Positions 1-13,820 of a stretch of 64,000 nucleotides of DNA are shown here, in pieces (the stretch's first letter is position 1; each line of letters starts with the position of its first letter). The DNA comes from Paraphysomonas bandaiensis (Eukaryota > Protista > Chrysophyceae): the NCBI GenBank assembly GCA_965644295.1, contig CBFFRP010000064.1:184144-248143 (forward strand). The letters are read 5' to 3'. The notes beneath the pieces are model-generated. The model did no database searches. It saw nothing but the letters and a program-made list of their open reading frames with translations, and was not told the DNA's origin. The position numbers and the translations under genes were made by a program.

Positions 1-582
1 GTTAAGCTACAGCTCTGCAGTACAAAGCCACTAAGCACACACGCACCCACCGTCATCTTATATTTCTCCTCAGTGAGGTCCTGCATATCTTTTTCTGTCT
101 GATATAAGTAGAGCAACAGCGATGACTTTTGCAGTACTTGAAATATGGCAGTGTCAGTTTTTGGCCTACAATATTTTTCCACAATATATTATCGTGAAAT
201 ATGGTATGATATTCCAGTGCCGTAATCGACATCTTGTGTAGGTGATTGGTTTTGTTCATGGTAATGAAACGATATTTTACAATATATTGCTGTATCTTGG
301 TTTCGTCCTTCTTCGCGGTATGAAGTTCAAACGATCTTAGCTTCGTTCAATTTTATAACTTTAAATGTATTATAACCCTTAGATAATTAATACTCTTTGT
401 GATGATAAAAAACCTTTAACTTCGGGTGAAATAACTTAATTATAATGGTAAAATAGTACTTATCACAAAAAAAAGCAACCGCTTCATATCAACAACGACT
501 GCAGCTCTCAAGGTATCACATTCCAAGAATATATAGAAATTTCATCACACATTAGCACAACTTATATATTATATAGTAGACA

Positions 583-1310
583 TTAAAAAATACGCATGTA
601 ATCTGTAAACGTTTTCAGTATGGCAAATACATTGCGATTCTGCGTATTATCTGGCTCAACTTCATCTGAGCTCTCTCTCCGTACAAGTGCCTCTAAAGCA
701 TCAGCTTGCTGACCATCAAAGGTGTTATAATCACAAAGCGGCTCATCTAGAGTCGTCCTCGCACTACTCGTGCTCTCCATACCCGATGACAGCCCAGATA
801 GACTCTCTTTCGCTCTAGGAAACTGTCCCGCACTGATTCCAGCTGTCTGTTCGGCATCTGCTCCATAAACACTACGCACCAAATTGAATGAAAATAAAAT
901 ACATCCGAGCCCCACCCCAAAAGCAAACGTTAGCTCTACTATGACGATGATGAGCACTGTGGCGTATCCGAGAGTGGTCTAGTGAATTAGTTAGTACAGT
1001 GTATATATAGTTATGCAGTGTGTATGTATGTCTGTATAGATGGGCAGTACACGTATGGGTATACTTATAGATATGCAGTGTGTATGTGTGTCTGTATAGG
1101 TGTGAGTATAGTGTACAGTGTGTGTATATACGTTAAGGGCATATGTATGTATAGAGATGCATGTGTGTGTATATGTATGTATAGCTACGTGTATGTATGT
1201 ATGTATGTGTATGTATGTGTGTGTGTGTGTGTTACCTCAGCTGATGTGATTGGAAGCATAGACAAAGAGAGGAGAAGGAAGAATGGACGACATGGTGATG
1301 AACTAACCAT
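583..1310 (-). CDS. Small hypothetical protein with signal peptide and one TM helix (2 exons: 1236-1310, 583-978)
   Basis: Exon 1 MVSSSPCRPFFLLLSLSMLPITSAE splices via a GT..AG intron (979-1235, microsatellite-rich) in frame into ORF 583-957, which has a hydrophobic stretch VLIIVIVELTFAFGVGLGCILF. Confidence 0.65.
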
Positions 1311-1477
1311 CAGGAGAGATACAGTGATGAGCTCTTGGCTCTAGTATGATATAATGATGACTGTCTCTCTATATATATGTATGTATATGTGTGTGGTATA
1401 TGTGTATATATACATACACAGTCAGACATACTGCTCTATAGAGAATATACTCACCAGCAGCAGTACACCACCAATAC

Positions 1478-1592
1478 ACGGGAGTCTAACGGGAGTTATA
1501 GGACTCTACTTCTACTTACGGGAGAGTCGAACGGGTAGTTAACAGTCTCCTACTTACGGGAGAGTCTAACGGGAAGCCTAACGGGAGTCTAT
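1478..1592. promoter_or_regulatory. Cluster of (CTA)ACGGGA(G) motifs in a divergent promoter
   Basis: About 7 ACGGG copies within 115 bp between head-to-head genes. Confidence 0.4.
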
Positions 1593-1934
1593 CACTCCCA
1601 CTATCCGTATCGCTCTTATTTCACCGTTTCACTGACTGTTTCTATTTTTCCATAACAGTCACACGTATGTATGTAGAGCAGCAGCATCATATAGAAACAT
1701 ACGCATCACTCTCTTCAAGCCTAACCTCTCGAACATATCATCAAACACTATCTCAGTAACATCTTTATAACCCTCTTACGAATCTATTGCATTACTCAAC
1801 ACTCTTATCTTCACTTGAACAACAAGTGCTGCATGCATTGCAATATAATCTAACTATACATAGATATATACACATATATATACACACATCTCAACCACCG
1901 CAAACTCATCTGTCAATAACACCTTATCATAAAC

Positions 1935-2614
1935 ATGTCAATAACCAACAGTCTCTCTGCAACAATGATCGGTCATGGCAAATCAGATGCTGATCGTCAT
2001 CATGCGGTTCGTCAAAACTTTCGTAAGGAAGCACTGCGTATAAGTGAACACACATCACAGCAGCATCACAGTAGAAGAGATAAACTTATGCAAATACAGT
2101 ATCCTGAAACCATTAATCGAATGTGTTCATCTCGTCAACAAAACACTCGTTCAGAGGTGAAAGATACGAATACATCACAAAGTTCAAGGCCTCCATCAGT
2201 CCGACGAGGTATACAGCTGAATACAGCAATACACTCTTGTTCATAGCTTACTGTTAATATAATGCAGCACAAATGGAGAGTGAATTCTTAGCACAACATT
2301 CTTCTAATTTAAAGAATGAGTACATGATGAATAGCCGAAAGAAAAGGTTCAATCGGTCGAGTGGTTCTCAGGCGGTTGTCAACGATGTATGTATCTTTGT
2401 ATACCTCGAATAGTATGTACTCATGATTTTTTCCTTGCAGATATTAACTGGTAGAGCTCCAGCTGCTAAAGAGCCAATATTTCCCCAGAATCCATCTCAT
2501 CAGCAGGTTCTAATGATCACAGGAAAGTTGAAAATGCCCGATGCGAATGTGCTTCCACCAGACATACCCAAACCAAAGAAGTGGTTAGGCAACGACCGAG
2601 GATGGGAAACGTGA
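1935..2614 (+). CDS. Hypothetical basic protein, 3 exons
   Basis: ORFs 1935-2246 and 2423-2614 joined through a middle exon (QMESEFLAQ...QAVVND) by GT..AG introns at about 2209-2267 and 2387-2440. Confidence 0.6.
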
Positions 2615-3679
2615 TGCAATTTCACCTTTCCGTTTATGACAAAAATAATAGTGTTGGTTGTTTTACTCTTGTGTCATAATCTTTGCTAACATCTATATCT
2701 ATCATATACGTTTGTTTCACATATGTATTCTGTTTCTGATGCATTCAAGCTAATAAGAAGAGTCGGATTGTGAATGATCAGCATTAGAATATATTTCGTT
2801 TTAACTATAATGGTATTCTTCCCCGTTAGTCATTTTGAGAATATTTTATTGTTTCTATGAACGTGTCTACTACGAACTCTGAGTATAAAGAGAACTAGAT
2901 ATAATTCTCGTAGTCAATAGGCACTTTGTAAACACCTGTGACAAATATAGATGAAATAAACGAAAATGTGAAACAAAGCTATGAGAACTGGTTAGCATCA
3001 GCATTTGCTCATTTGCGGCTCATAGGTACTCATTCCGATGAAAAAAGTAGAATTGTTGTGTTGATACACTGCTAATACCTAACACTGGATGATGTATGAG
3101 AGTTCACACCATCAGCTTGGGTAAATAAAACATTTGTACCATACCCCATATCAGCTTGTGTTGTAAGTAACATTGATTAAAATAAATTATGGTCTGGCTT
3201 TAACATAACAGTAGCAATATTGATGCAATTTAGTGCCGGTTGACCAGCTGATGGAATTTAGTGCCGGTTGACCAGTCAATGCATTGCTCCCTTGCCTTGG
3301 TAACTATTTATGAATTTAAGTGAGGCAGTCGCGTTCGACTGGCTGATAACTAAAGTTCGACTGAATGGAACTTGACATACATAATACTAAAGTATCTATT
3401 GTAACGTTAATGTCAGTTATATAACTATATATAATATATTATATATCAGTGAAACAATGATGCATTGGATGCAGCTCTTGCATATATATTTTAACAAAGC
3501 CGTATTAGTCTATCGAATAGTGAATGAATACTTCTAATTGTTCCTATAAACGTGTCTATATCTAATATAATAGTCTATATCTGAAACAAGTCGTTGATGT
3601 AGTGAATGTAGCAATAGAGGTGTAAGAGTCAGAACTAGTGCTTAACTCTGACATCCTACTATTTGATACTACGAAAGCT

Positions 3680-3870
3680 ATATATATTGAAAGTCTTATT
3701 ATTAGCAATAGGCGTTAAAAACCTGCACCAACTTAGTAGCTAGATGAATGCTAGACAAACTAGTTAGACCTCTACCTGTAACTAATCAGAACACAATTTT
3801 TTTCCTACTTTTTAACGCTACGGAAGCTGCTTGTGCGTCGCCGCAAGCACCAAGGTGAGACCACTTCCAG
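3680..3870. repeat. Dispersed repeat family A, copy 1 (partial extra copy 4145-4195)
   Basis: Aligns by eye with 32812-33007, e.g. ccgcaagcaccaaggtg..accactt and ttattatta.caatagg. Confidence 0.7.
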
Positions 3871-4339
3871 CCCAATACCCCGATTACCCTTCAGGTGGGC
3901 CCTGTCCCGGATGCCCTTGAGATGGGCCCATTTCCGGATGCCTGTTTATTCGTCAGGGCCCAAAGACGTCTACACAAGTGACACTTATTGGTGTCCCTTG
4001 TACCACACAAGCATTCGGCTATGAGTGGGCAGAAGAATATCTGCTGACTATGTTTGCGGCTCACGTTAGTTTCTCAGAGAAATAACTCCGGTACTTATCC
4101 CCCAGAACACCACGAAAAGGTGCGAGTCCGACTTTGTTGAGGGACTACGAAAGCTGTTTGTGAGTCACCGCAAATACCAAAGTGCAACCACTTTCGCTCT
4201 ATAACTCAAAGCAAACGCAGTGAGCATGCAGAATGTTGCTATACTTGACATCTGCTGACTTTATGGTTTTTGAATCCTTAATATGAACAGCCCGGATGTT
4301 TTACATTTTAGAAGGCAGTCCACAAGAAAGTAGAATTCT

Positions 4340-4585
4340 ATGAAGTCAAAAAATAAGAAAGCTCCAGCGGTGATGTACTAACTATGTATAATGGTGTAGG
4401 AGAAAAAGTGCAAAGAAAAGAAGAATGTCGTCGACATTGGTGACAACATATCCGACGACGACCCTGCGGAAGTGGTATACCTCGAAGGCGCACGAGAAGA
4501 CGAGAAGGGTAAGTAATATATGCTTTTCTTTCATTACAAAAGTTTTCAAATAAGTTATGCTGCTTTCAAATAAGATGAAGCATGA
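4340..4585 (+). CDS. Possible very short spliced ORF or gene fragment (MKSKNKKAPA|EKKCKEKKNVVDIGDNISDDDPAEVVYLEGAREDEK|DEA*)
   Basis: Two GT-AG introns, the first about 30 nt with a TACTAAC branch point; no homology recognised. Confidence 0.35.
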
Positions 4586-4890
4586 CTTCAAGATACAACA
4601 GAGGTTCGCCATACCAATACCTATTCACGTTAGCCGGATCTAAGCATGATGGTAACGGGGAGTCTCTTGATAATAGTATCGTAGTAGAAGTTAGAGTCGT
4701 ACACAAATATTGAATACAAACTATATATGCGAAGGGAGCAGCAAATGATGTCTTCCTGTGATCTACCGTATCGACAAAGCAAGCCATATAGAAAGCCAAA
4801 CACAAATGCAGAGCAACAATATATATACATCAACAACCAAGTATTATTATATAATAACGTACAATGACACATAAAATACGTATACACAGA

Positions 4891-7800
4891 CTATTTTCTG
4901 CCTTTCTTCTTCTTAGCAGATTTTTCCTTCGCCATTCTAGCTATTTTTCTTTGAGTTTCCGCAAACTCCTTACGCTTAGCTTCGGCCTCCACTTCTATTT
5001 CCCGCTTAGCATCCACAGACTTCGGAACTTCATAAGTGGCTTCGTTGGTAGCAAGATGAACGTAGTAAGGTTTGTTTTTAAGAGCATCAAACCTCTCCTC
5101 CCATTCCCCTGCTTCAGCTGCGAGTTCGTCTCTAGTCATCTTCCTTTCCCTGGCGCGCCTGTTCTCTTTCTCCTCGTCAGTTGCCTCCCACAGCTCTCCC
5201 GGAATGCGGTCCTCTGGATTCTTCCATTTCTTGATAAGTCCAGTTCCACCGCTCTTCGGCCCACTCTTGCCTGCCTTGCCACCTGTATCAACAGACGCCA
5301 TATCTGACACTCCAGCATCTTCCATCAATAGATTTTTCGCCCACGCAGTCTTGAGTGCGTATAACTCAGCCCTCTTGCTCCACTTTTTCGCACCAATCAT
5401 GAAGCCCAACCGCTTACTAGAAGTTGCTTTCTTTTTCGCCCTCTCTGTCAAGTACTGGTAATACATCAAGTAACCTTGCAGGATCGTCTGGGTGACTACA
5501 TTGCCGGTCACATAGTCAAACAACAACAACTTTCCCTTATAGTACCACTTATACGGCTCTCCTGGATAGCACGGTACTAGATACATCAAGCTATTTCTAC
5601 GATCCTTAAACCTCCACCTCCTGTTAAAGCTTACTTTATCGGATTCCACTTTGGTAACCACAAAGAAGCATTGCTGAATGCGTATATACATGCCCCGTCT
5701 TAAGAATGAAGTCATGTCCATATTAATCTCATGCTCCTTCTCACCCTGCTTCATGAACAATCTTCCGGGAAGTCTAAAACCGCCCCGCTTTACTTGATCA
5801 GCAAGTTCAGCAGGAGTGCCTACAGCGAAACCTGTACGAGGCACCCCCTTGCGGCTCTGTGGGATGACAGGCGTATCAGGTTGCATCTTACTATACTTAT
5901 GAAGATAACCCCAGTCGTCACAATTGCGCCAAACATACTCACGCAAACGCTGACGGATAAATATATTGTGTCTTCCAAGCACTCGCTCTTCTAAAGTATC
6001 TGAGGCAAGTTGAGGCGTGAACCCAAACACATTGCGTATCCTATACAGAAAAGTCTTTCTATATTTAAAGTCTTCATACTTCCTTAACCTCGCCATTTTT
6101 CTGATCTTTAACCGCTTTTCCTTCATATGGGCCCTGCCTTGGCACCCACCCACTATCATTCTCCACCAAGACTGGATCTTAATCGCACTGCGTATCTTCC
6201 TCTCCATTGCCTTGCGAGCGTAGGCTTGCGCAACCTTTTCTATTCGTTTTTGCAATCTCTGCTCAAACATTGCGCGTTCGAACTTCTTGTGCATATCGGG
6301 GGTGTAATACGGCAACTTCTCGGCCTTGTGTTTACTAAAAGGCCCTCCTATCGAGTGAAAACCAATTAAGCACTTATTGCAATATATCTGGTCACAGTCT
6401 GCACAACGATACGAGGCTGCCCGCCATTGACATTCCTCACAGACTTGCACCAAACTCGCATATCTATGGTCGGTATCAAGGCGTTGATTAAGTGCCTGTC
6501 CAACAAGATAAGCCTCCCGAGTACCGTCTCTTAAGGCAGCCGTCGTATTTTTCTTGCCACCCGTTTCCGAGGAAATGGTGTTCTCATGCAGGTGAATATA
6601 ACACGAGTCACACAAAAGGCCTCGGTCGCCTTTTATTAACTCCATCACCGATCGTCGCTTGGGCTTCCGCAAGGAGCACGTCATACAGCTCTTAGTAGCC
6701 ATCTGGAATTGGCAGAGAGAGCACTTCTGAATTATGGCATATGAATGCTTTGTCTTCTTCCCCTTGCAATGAAAAGTGGAAAAGCAGTTTCTACACATCG
6801 AGTCCTCACACTCCAAACAGTTCACTTCTGCAGGTACCTCTTCGCAATTACCACACATTACTACGAACTCTAGTTTAGGCGCTGGAAGCGGGATTTCAAG
6901 ACAGTCATATTTTCCAAGAATCTTCGGTTTGGTGTATGTCGACACTCGAGTCTTTGGATTGTGCCAGTACGGCTCACCCTTGTGAGGAATGTACTTCACA
7001 ATGGTAACTTGAGCTATTTTCACAGCCATCTGCCAATGCAAATACGATCGCACTAATCGTTGTAAAGAGGAGACCGCACTATGCACTCGTAACACTGCAT
7101 CTGCTTGAGATTTCTCTATTTTCCTTCTCATCACATGTACGCGTGCCAACTTACGACGAACTAACTGTTGCATAGGAACTATAATTGCTGATACTCTTGC
7201 ATAGGCTTCACTGTGCATCCATGCCACAACCCCCTCCATCCATGGTTCAGTTTCAGATGCCATAAAAAGCATTAAAAGCATTGCAAGCCCTGTACAGCCA
7301 GAATTCTTTGTCAAATTCTCAGTCGGTAGTAAATATTTAGCAATGGCGGTTCGTATAGTCGATTTTTCCTTTTTTCCTCGCAGCGAAGATCTCACACGTC
7401 CATCAGGCGTCGTCGGTGGAGAACCAGCCTTCATAAGTGCATCTGATGACTCCTGGCGCTTGAGGCTTCCATCAAGATCACCATGAGAGCTGATAGTTGT
7501 AGTTCGTCGAATAACAGGATGGGCGCGACCGACGACAGGGGTGGAGTGGGATGATCCTTCATCTTCGGTCTTAAGGCCATCTACCCCTCCCGGTAAAATT
7601 TGTAAACAAAACTCCCCTAAGCCTTTCAAAAACGCACTAAATTCGGAAAATATTAACACATTTCCGCCAGCAGTGCCTCGGAATTTGTTAAAAAATATAT
7701 CAATTTCTGTCGGGGAAACTTTTCTATCTACCTTCGGCATATCAACAATACCAATTTTAATGGCATTTAAAATCATTAAGTTGGTGGATGCAGAACCCTT

Positions 7801-10800
7801 CTTCACTTTCTCTTCTTTCTGTGGCGTTTTCTTGTCTTTTCGTTCAACGGCATAGACCGCATCTAATTTAGCTATCAACTTCTGAGCATTAGAGGAATCA
7901 ATTCTATTCGATGTCAACAATTCTGGGTCTGTCCTGCCTTTCTTTCCAAGTGCACTTACGAATAGTGCCTGTGGGGGACCATAACAAGGGCAGTGGTACC
8001 CGCACAAAACCCGCGGTCTATATCCTATTTCCCTTGCCATCGTCTCCTTCAAAATCATGAGCTCTACAGCGCTCATGACTCGGAGTGTTGTTAACGCAGC
8101 GCTAGCATTTCCATCATCACGTAGTCGTAGTAGATCCTTGCGCTCTCGGAGAAACATTCTACCTAGATACTTCCTCCCCAGTCTTTGTATCTTCGTTACA
8201 TGCTTGCGATACATCCGCTCGAGAAGAACAGTCTTGCGTGCCCTCATTCCCAAAACAATTGCACTAAGTGTTCTATTTAATATATCCATTGCACAGTTCT
8301 TCTGGATCATGGCCTGCACAAGGCGCCTAGCAGCTCTTCGTCGCCAATAGCACTGTATTACAATAGCCATGCGCCGCCAGAGTTCTTTCCGCATCGTGTG
8401 TCTATAAAAACGTTACCCAGAGCAAAATTCATCAGTACAAGGAATTACCTTCTTCGATGACCCCTAAATACCTTCTGGATCAAGATTGCCGACTTTTCCC
8501 GGCGCTCTCTCTTCTCGTAAACTCGTCGCACCCTCATATGAACAAGCATAACTAGAGTTCGTTTTCTCGTGCGATATCCCCTGTAATATCGCTGAATAGT
8601 ACGTGCCCTAACCCGTTCTATATTCAATAAGAATCTTGTGAGACAGACAGCTATGACGGCTACTATATGACTCACCGAACACATATCTGAAGGGCATCAT
8701 GTTTCGTAATGATTTCCGTATCCTTCTGTTAACCCTACTAATATTAAATTTGGACTCGCCTAATTTAATAACCTAGAAAAAATTACATCATTTACACATG
8801 CACGCATAATAAAAACCTTGTCTTTTAGTTTTTTCTTTTTCTTTTTCCTCCGCCTTTCTCTTTCTTCGCGTTTGCCACTCATTCTACCAAAATAGGCGCG
8901 CATTGCCATTCGCATGCGGACTTGAGCCTGGATAGTCGTAGCGGCGCGGTCTCTCTCAGCAGCCCGCCGTGCCCGTGCTAATGATAGGCGTCGATACTCC
9001 TTGCGCACAACGTGTCCCCTGTAAACGCGCTGAATATTACAAGCGTGCTTCATACGATTCCAGTACAGTAGTGACTGCAGTCTTGAGTGGATCGTATGGG
9101 CTCTGTAGGCGCGAGACACAGTAATGGCGGCACCATGGTGTCTATATTCCATCCGTTTCAACATCAACTTCTCTGCCTTGCTCAACTCCCACTGCCGCAC
9201 ATACTCAAGTTTCCTCAACAGGGTCACCTGTAGGCATGTATAAGAATACTAAACTAAAATACATCTGACATACCCTTCTCTTCGCTTTGTACATCCACCA
9301 CACACTTTGGATTTTGGTTCCTGAGATCCTGGCCCGCCGCTGATAATCGCGCAGCCATGCCACATAAGATCTAGCAAGCATTCCTCTCGCCCTCTTTTGT
9401 ATAGCCACCGCAGCAGCCCGGCGCTTCTCTTTAAGTACACGTTTCTGCCATTTCTTGAACCGTCGCCATGTGCGCACTATACGTCGGGCGTTAAAGTTTC
9501 TGAATGCCATTCGTTGCCGCTCATATTCTTCCTCTGCCTCTCGTTGCCGCTGAAGATTTAATCTAACTTCTCTAGCTTCCCGCCGTGCCAGCATACCACG
9601 CCCCACACGGACCATAAGCTCCCCAGCCTTCCTGCGCCGGTGCACACCCACCCGAGCTGCATACTCACGCCATGTATCCACTGCCACCCGCACTTTCAGC
9701 ATGTACATATAGTAGATTACCATTGACACTGCTTTGCCAAACTTGAGCTTGGCACTAAAAGTAGGATCGATATTTAGACCGATTTCGTCCAATAGACGGG
9801 AACGCCACTGGTCCATGAAAGCCTTGTCTTGGCGCCTTTTAGCATGTCTGCGGGCCATTTGCTGGTCATATTCCATTGCTGTAGACTCGAAAGCAACAAG
9901 CGCGTCACTAGCAGCAGCAGTGGCTTCTTGAAGTACAGGTGCATACACCTGCCGAAGAGGGCTCCCACTGTTTCCTTTTCCTGGCTTTCCAACATTCTCC
10001 TGTTGGCGCCATGCTACAGCTGCTGCTGCAGCTTCACTGGAGGCCACGCTAGATACGCTAGCATTTTCTTCCTCTTCTTCATAGGAAAGTGAATGGTACT
10101 GGTGTTGCCTGGTCTGCAGCGACTCTTTCTGCAAGGGTGATAGTGGGCGACCATCCAGCAAAGCAGTGAGGTCTGTCTGGAAGGGGTAACTAGAGATTCC
10201 TGGGGACTGCGGCCGAGTGACTGGACCGGAGAGGGACTCACTGTCATCATCACCCTCACGAGTAAAAAGACTAACGCGGTCCCGCTGCTTCTCCCTCCGC
10301 TGTTGTCGATCACGGACATCATCAAAATATGCGGTCGAAGAGTATGATACTTCCGGTGGACGGGACTCGATGGCAAACTCGTTCCGTTGCCGTGGCAGTT
10401 CGGTTGTCACATTCATACTTTTGAGTTTCGGGTTGGTTTCCATTCGCCTCGACTCACCAAGTCGCAACTGTCGCATCTGCTCGCGTATCGCCTGTTGGCC
10501 TAGCTTTGAATACAACTGCTTATCAGGGCCAATTGACTCGTAAGCGTGGAGTTTTGCGTTGTCAAGGTCATTGGGCGGGGGCAGTAGACTCGCCTTTTTG
10601 CGTGAACGAGGAGACAGCTGCTTTAGCAGTGGCAACCGAAGTCTATTCGCATGTACCTCTTCCCAATCGCGCATAAATTGCTTGATATGGCTTGGAACAT
10701 CCACATCATTCAAGTCTCTGCTTCCACTTTCCGAGCAAGTTTTCGAGTAGCTGACTGTACTTGGAGCAGACACAGACGACGCTCGTAGACCTTCCCTTTG

Positions 10801-11076
10801 TGCCTGATCAGAGAGTAGCTTGTATGTATTCACCCCCTTCTGTTGCTTAGAACCTCCAGTAGGTAATACTGTCTTAGATAGAGGGGTTGTACGTCTAGCT
10901 GAGTCCTCATTAGCAGCAGATTGAGGGTTGAGAGTGACAGTTCTTGACAGTTCATGTGGATTAATCTTCGTAACACTCTTACGGGACGATGAAGATGATT
11001 TAGAAAAGACTCCTCCACCTCTCTCGATAGTGTTTAAGGAAGATATGAGTGATGGGAGTGTGATTTCCTCATCCAT
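4891..11076 (-). CDS. Large multi-exon IQ-motif protein with WW and B-box zinc-finger domains
   Basis: ORFs 9205-11118, 8760-9227, 8445-8684 and 4891-8394 linked by short introns; many IQxxxRGxxxR motifs; B-box patterns (CGNCEE...CLECEDSMCRNC...H; CEECQ...CADCDQIYCNKC...H); WW-like PYWHNPKT and WEERFD...PYYVH. Confidence 0.85.
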
Positions 11077-11800
11077 TAAGATGAGTTGATATTTAGATGA
11101 ATGAGACGTAGAATACACGTGATATAACTCCCCAAATAATCGGACACATCATAGGTCGATTGAGCCTATGTTTGAAGTAGAATAGTGGGGTCAGTTCGTG
11201 TGTATCATCTACAGGAGTGTGTATATATGTATGTATGTGAACATTAATGTGTACTGTTTCATATATACATACATACATGCGTACACCGTGCTGTATGTAC
11301 AGTACACTGTACACACTCCCTCTGGACGTTATATTTCACTTCACTCTTCACTTCTCATATATAAAGTACGTATTTTTGGTATTGGGGAAATTTGTGTACC
11401 AAAAATATGATTTTTCCCCAATTTCCGGATATTAGGGACACCTCGCCAACCGTATCTAACCACAGCGTATCTCTCCATAGTATATGGCATACCCCCACAG
11501 GCCAGTCGGTATACACTGGTGTCCAGTACACCATCAAACTGCAAGGCACCCCCCACCATATAAAAAACACGCACCTACCATGTTGTGGTCATAAGATCTC
11601 AATGAAGTCAGTGTGGTGTGAACCATAGTGGCCATTATACTATCGTCCCATCCCTCTCACTGTACCTCTACTTATACTTGTACTTATACTTGTACAGTAG
11701 ACTTGTACGGTGGACTTGTCGACTGATATCATATCACCTACCTCTTCCATCACATGACGTTACCTGCTATCTCCTACTAACCACAACACACGTATAACTC

Positions 11801-12846
11801 ATGAAAGCTTCCATTACAATAACTAAAAGTAACAATATGATTGAAGAAGACAGTGATAGCAGTGGAGATTCATCTGAATCAGGTGAAGAGCAGTCATGGA
11901 TCGAGTGGTTTGTTAGTTTACGTGGCAATGAGTTCTTTGCAACTATAGACGAGAGTTACATACAAGATAATTTCAATCTAACAGGATTAAGTACAATGGT
12001 GAGTGATAGTTTTAATGGAGTCATATGGTTATGATGATATGGGTTATCAGGTGCCGTATTATGAATATGCACTGGACCTTATCTTAGACTCGGAGCCTCC
12101 GTTAGGTACAATATAGCCGTTGTGTAACTCTAAATATACCTGTTACATGATGTGGTTTTCAGATTCCTTGCCAGAAGACAAGCAAGAGGTAGTGGAGACG
12201 GCTGCGGAGGTTCTGTATGGGTTAATACATGCAAGATACATCCTCACAAACAAGGGGATGCTTGCAATGGTATATTATATATTGTGTTTCGTGCTTGCCT
12301 TATCAGTTCTATGCTGCAGTACGAAAAATATCAGAACGCCGATTTTGGTCGCTGTCCGAGAGTGTACTGCCAAGGTCACCCTGGTCTGCCAGTGGGTCTC
12401 TCGGATTTGCCATGCAACTACTCCGTTAATATATTCTGTCCTCGGTGTCACGAACTGTACTACCCGAGGGCATCGAAGCATGCAAACATTGACGGCGCCT
12501 TCTTCGGCTCGACGTTTTCCCACCTCTTCCTCCTTCAGAACCCGGATCTAATTCCACCCAAGTACGCTCAATTCTAATTATATGCATGATATGTGTAATC
12601 GTGATGAACGCAACACAGACCACAGGAGTCATTCATGCCTCGCATATATGGCTTTAGAATAAATAAGGAGAGTGCGTATTACAAGCAAAGGTATGGTTTT
12701 GTGTCGATTTCACTACTTATAATGTTGGGATTCATAGAGAGAATCAAACTCAGGGGAAGAGAAGGATTGCTAACCCAGCTGTAGGGGCCACAAGCGGCAA
12801 AAAACAGAGCTCAAATACGACGACGCAGCCTACTTCACAAAAGTAA
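11801..12846 (+). CDS. CSNK2B: Casein kinase II regulatory (beta) subunit, 6 exons
   Basis: [28 protein letters not shown]; [12 protein letters not shown]; FGRCPRVYC...CPRC; IDGAFFG; PRIYGFRI. Confidence 0.96.
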
Positions 12847-13671
12847 TGCCCTTCATTCCCAATAAATACATATATTGTCAAGTATGCATTCCGCGAAGAG
12901 TTTTCTAACATGGTTAGAAAACATGAGTTGAGTTTGTGTGTGCTATAGCTTGCATTGATATATGAGATACTAATTGTGTCATATCGTGTGAAATATAGTA
13001 GCTTTGCCTCATTCCGAGAGCGTTGCCAAGTGTAGTGGTTGCGTTAATTAAACTAAGCACTACATGCATATTTATTAAAATCTCGGCGCATATTTGTGTG
13101 TGGCGCCAAGCAGTCTCGATCAAGAATCAAGAACTACAATATACTTGCATGGCCCATATAAACTACGAGAAAGCACTGCGCATTCTGCAGGAAAAGGAGG
13201 ACTAAGCCAATGCCTTACTTGGCCTGGACTGGGGCATGTGCGGACATGAAAAGCCCATATTATTTTTGCGAAGTCTATCTTGGGTAGAGGCGGTAGAATG
13301 CGCATTCTCTATGGGGAGCGGAGGTGGCGAAGAATATAAGCGGGTGGGTAAGTGGGTTGCAATATATGTGTGGCTTGGGAAAGTTCTAACGGGCATAGAC
13401 TCTAGTCACACTATCAGAATGGGGAATGTACACACTTTTACAATTACTTAACTTTTGATATTGCTATAAATATATAAAATAAAATATACACTACTACTAC
13501 GAAAGGAGTTTGTCATACATAAAAATATATCAATATACTACTACTTAGTACACGTGATTTAGGTGTGTATAACTTAGCCAACATAAGCCATAATCATAAG
13601 ATAGTAACCATTTCTCGTCTGGATTTGAATATTGGCAAATAGGATCTTGTACTGTCTATTCCTACCAGTTG

Positions 13672-13820
13672 CATGACATGAAGGCCCTGTGCTGCTGTTC
13701 AGCAGCGACAGCACTGCAAATCCTTATATCCCATGGACATGGAGGGTCCTGTGAACAAAGCTACTTCAGAACATTCTAATGTCCTCTTGTAACAGCATTG
13801 CAAGTCCACATAGCTACCCC
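13672..13820 (-). pseudogene. Degraded relic of the 87-bp CPW/ankyrin-like repeat found in 52736-54028
   Basis: Reverse complement reads tggacttgcaatgctgttacaagaggacattagaatgttctgaagtagctttgttcacaggaccctccatgtccatggg, nearly the repeat consensus but with stops and a deletion. Confidence 0.85.

Noticed and set aside
3000-3420. Coding-like minus-strand fragments and a 21-bp direct repeat
   Set aside because: No recognisable homology or intact frame
8400-9280. Apparent frameshifts or non-canonical splicing in the IQ gene
   Set aside because: The junctions I traced resolve with ordinary short GT-AG introns (e.g. about 8775-8816)
13023-13330. TPR-like fragment YEKALRILQEKED*ANALLGL
   Set aside because: Too short and stop-interrupted to support a call
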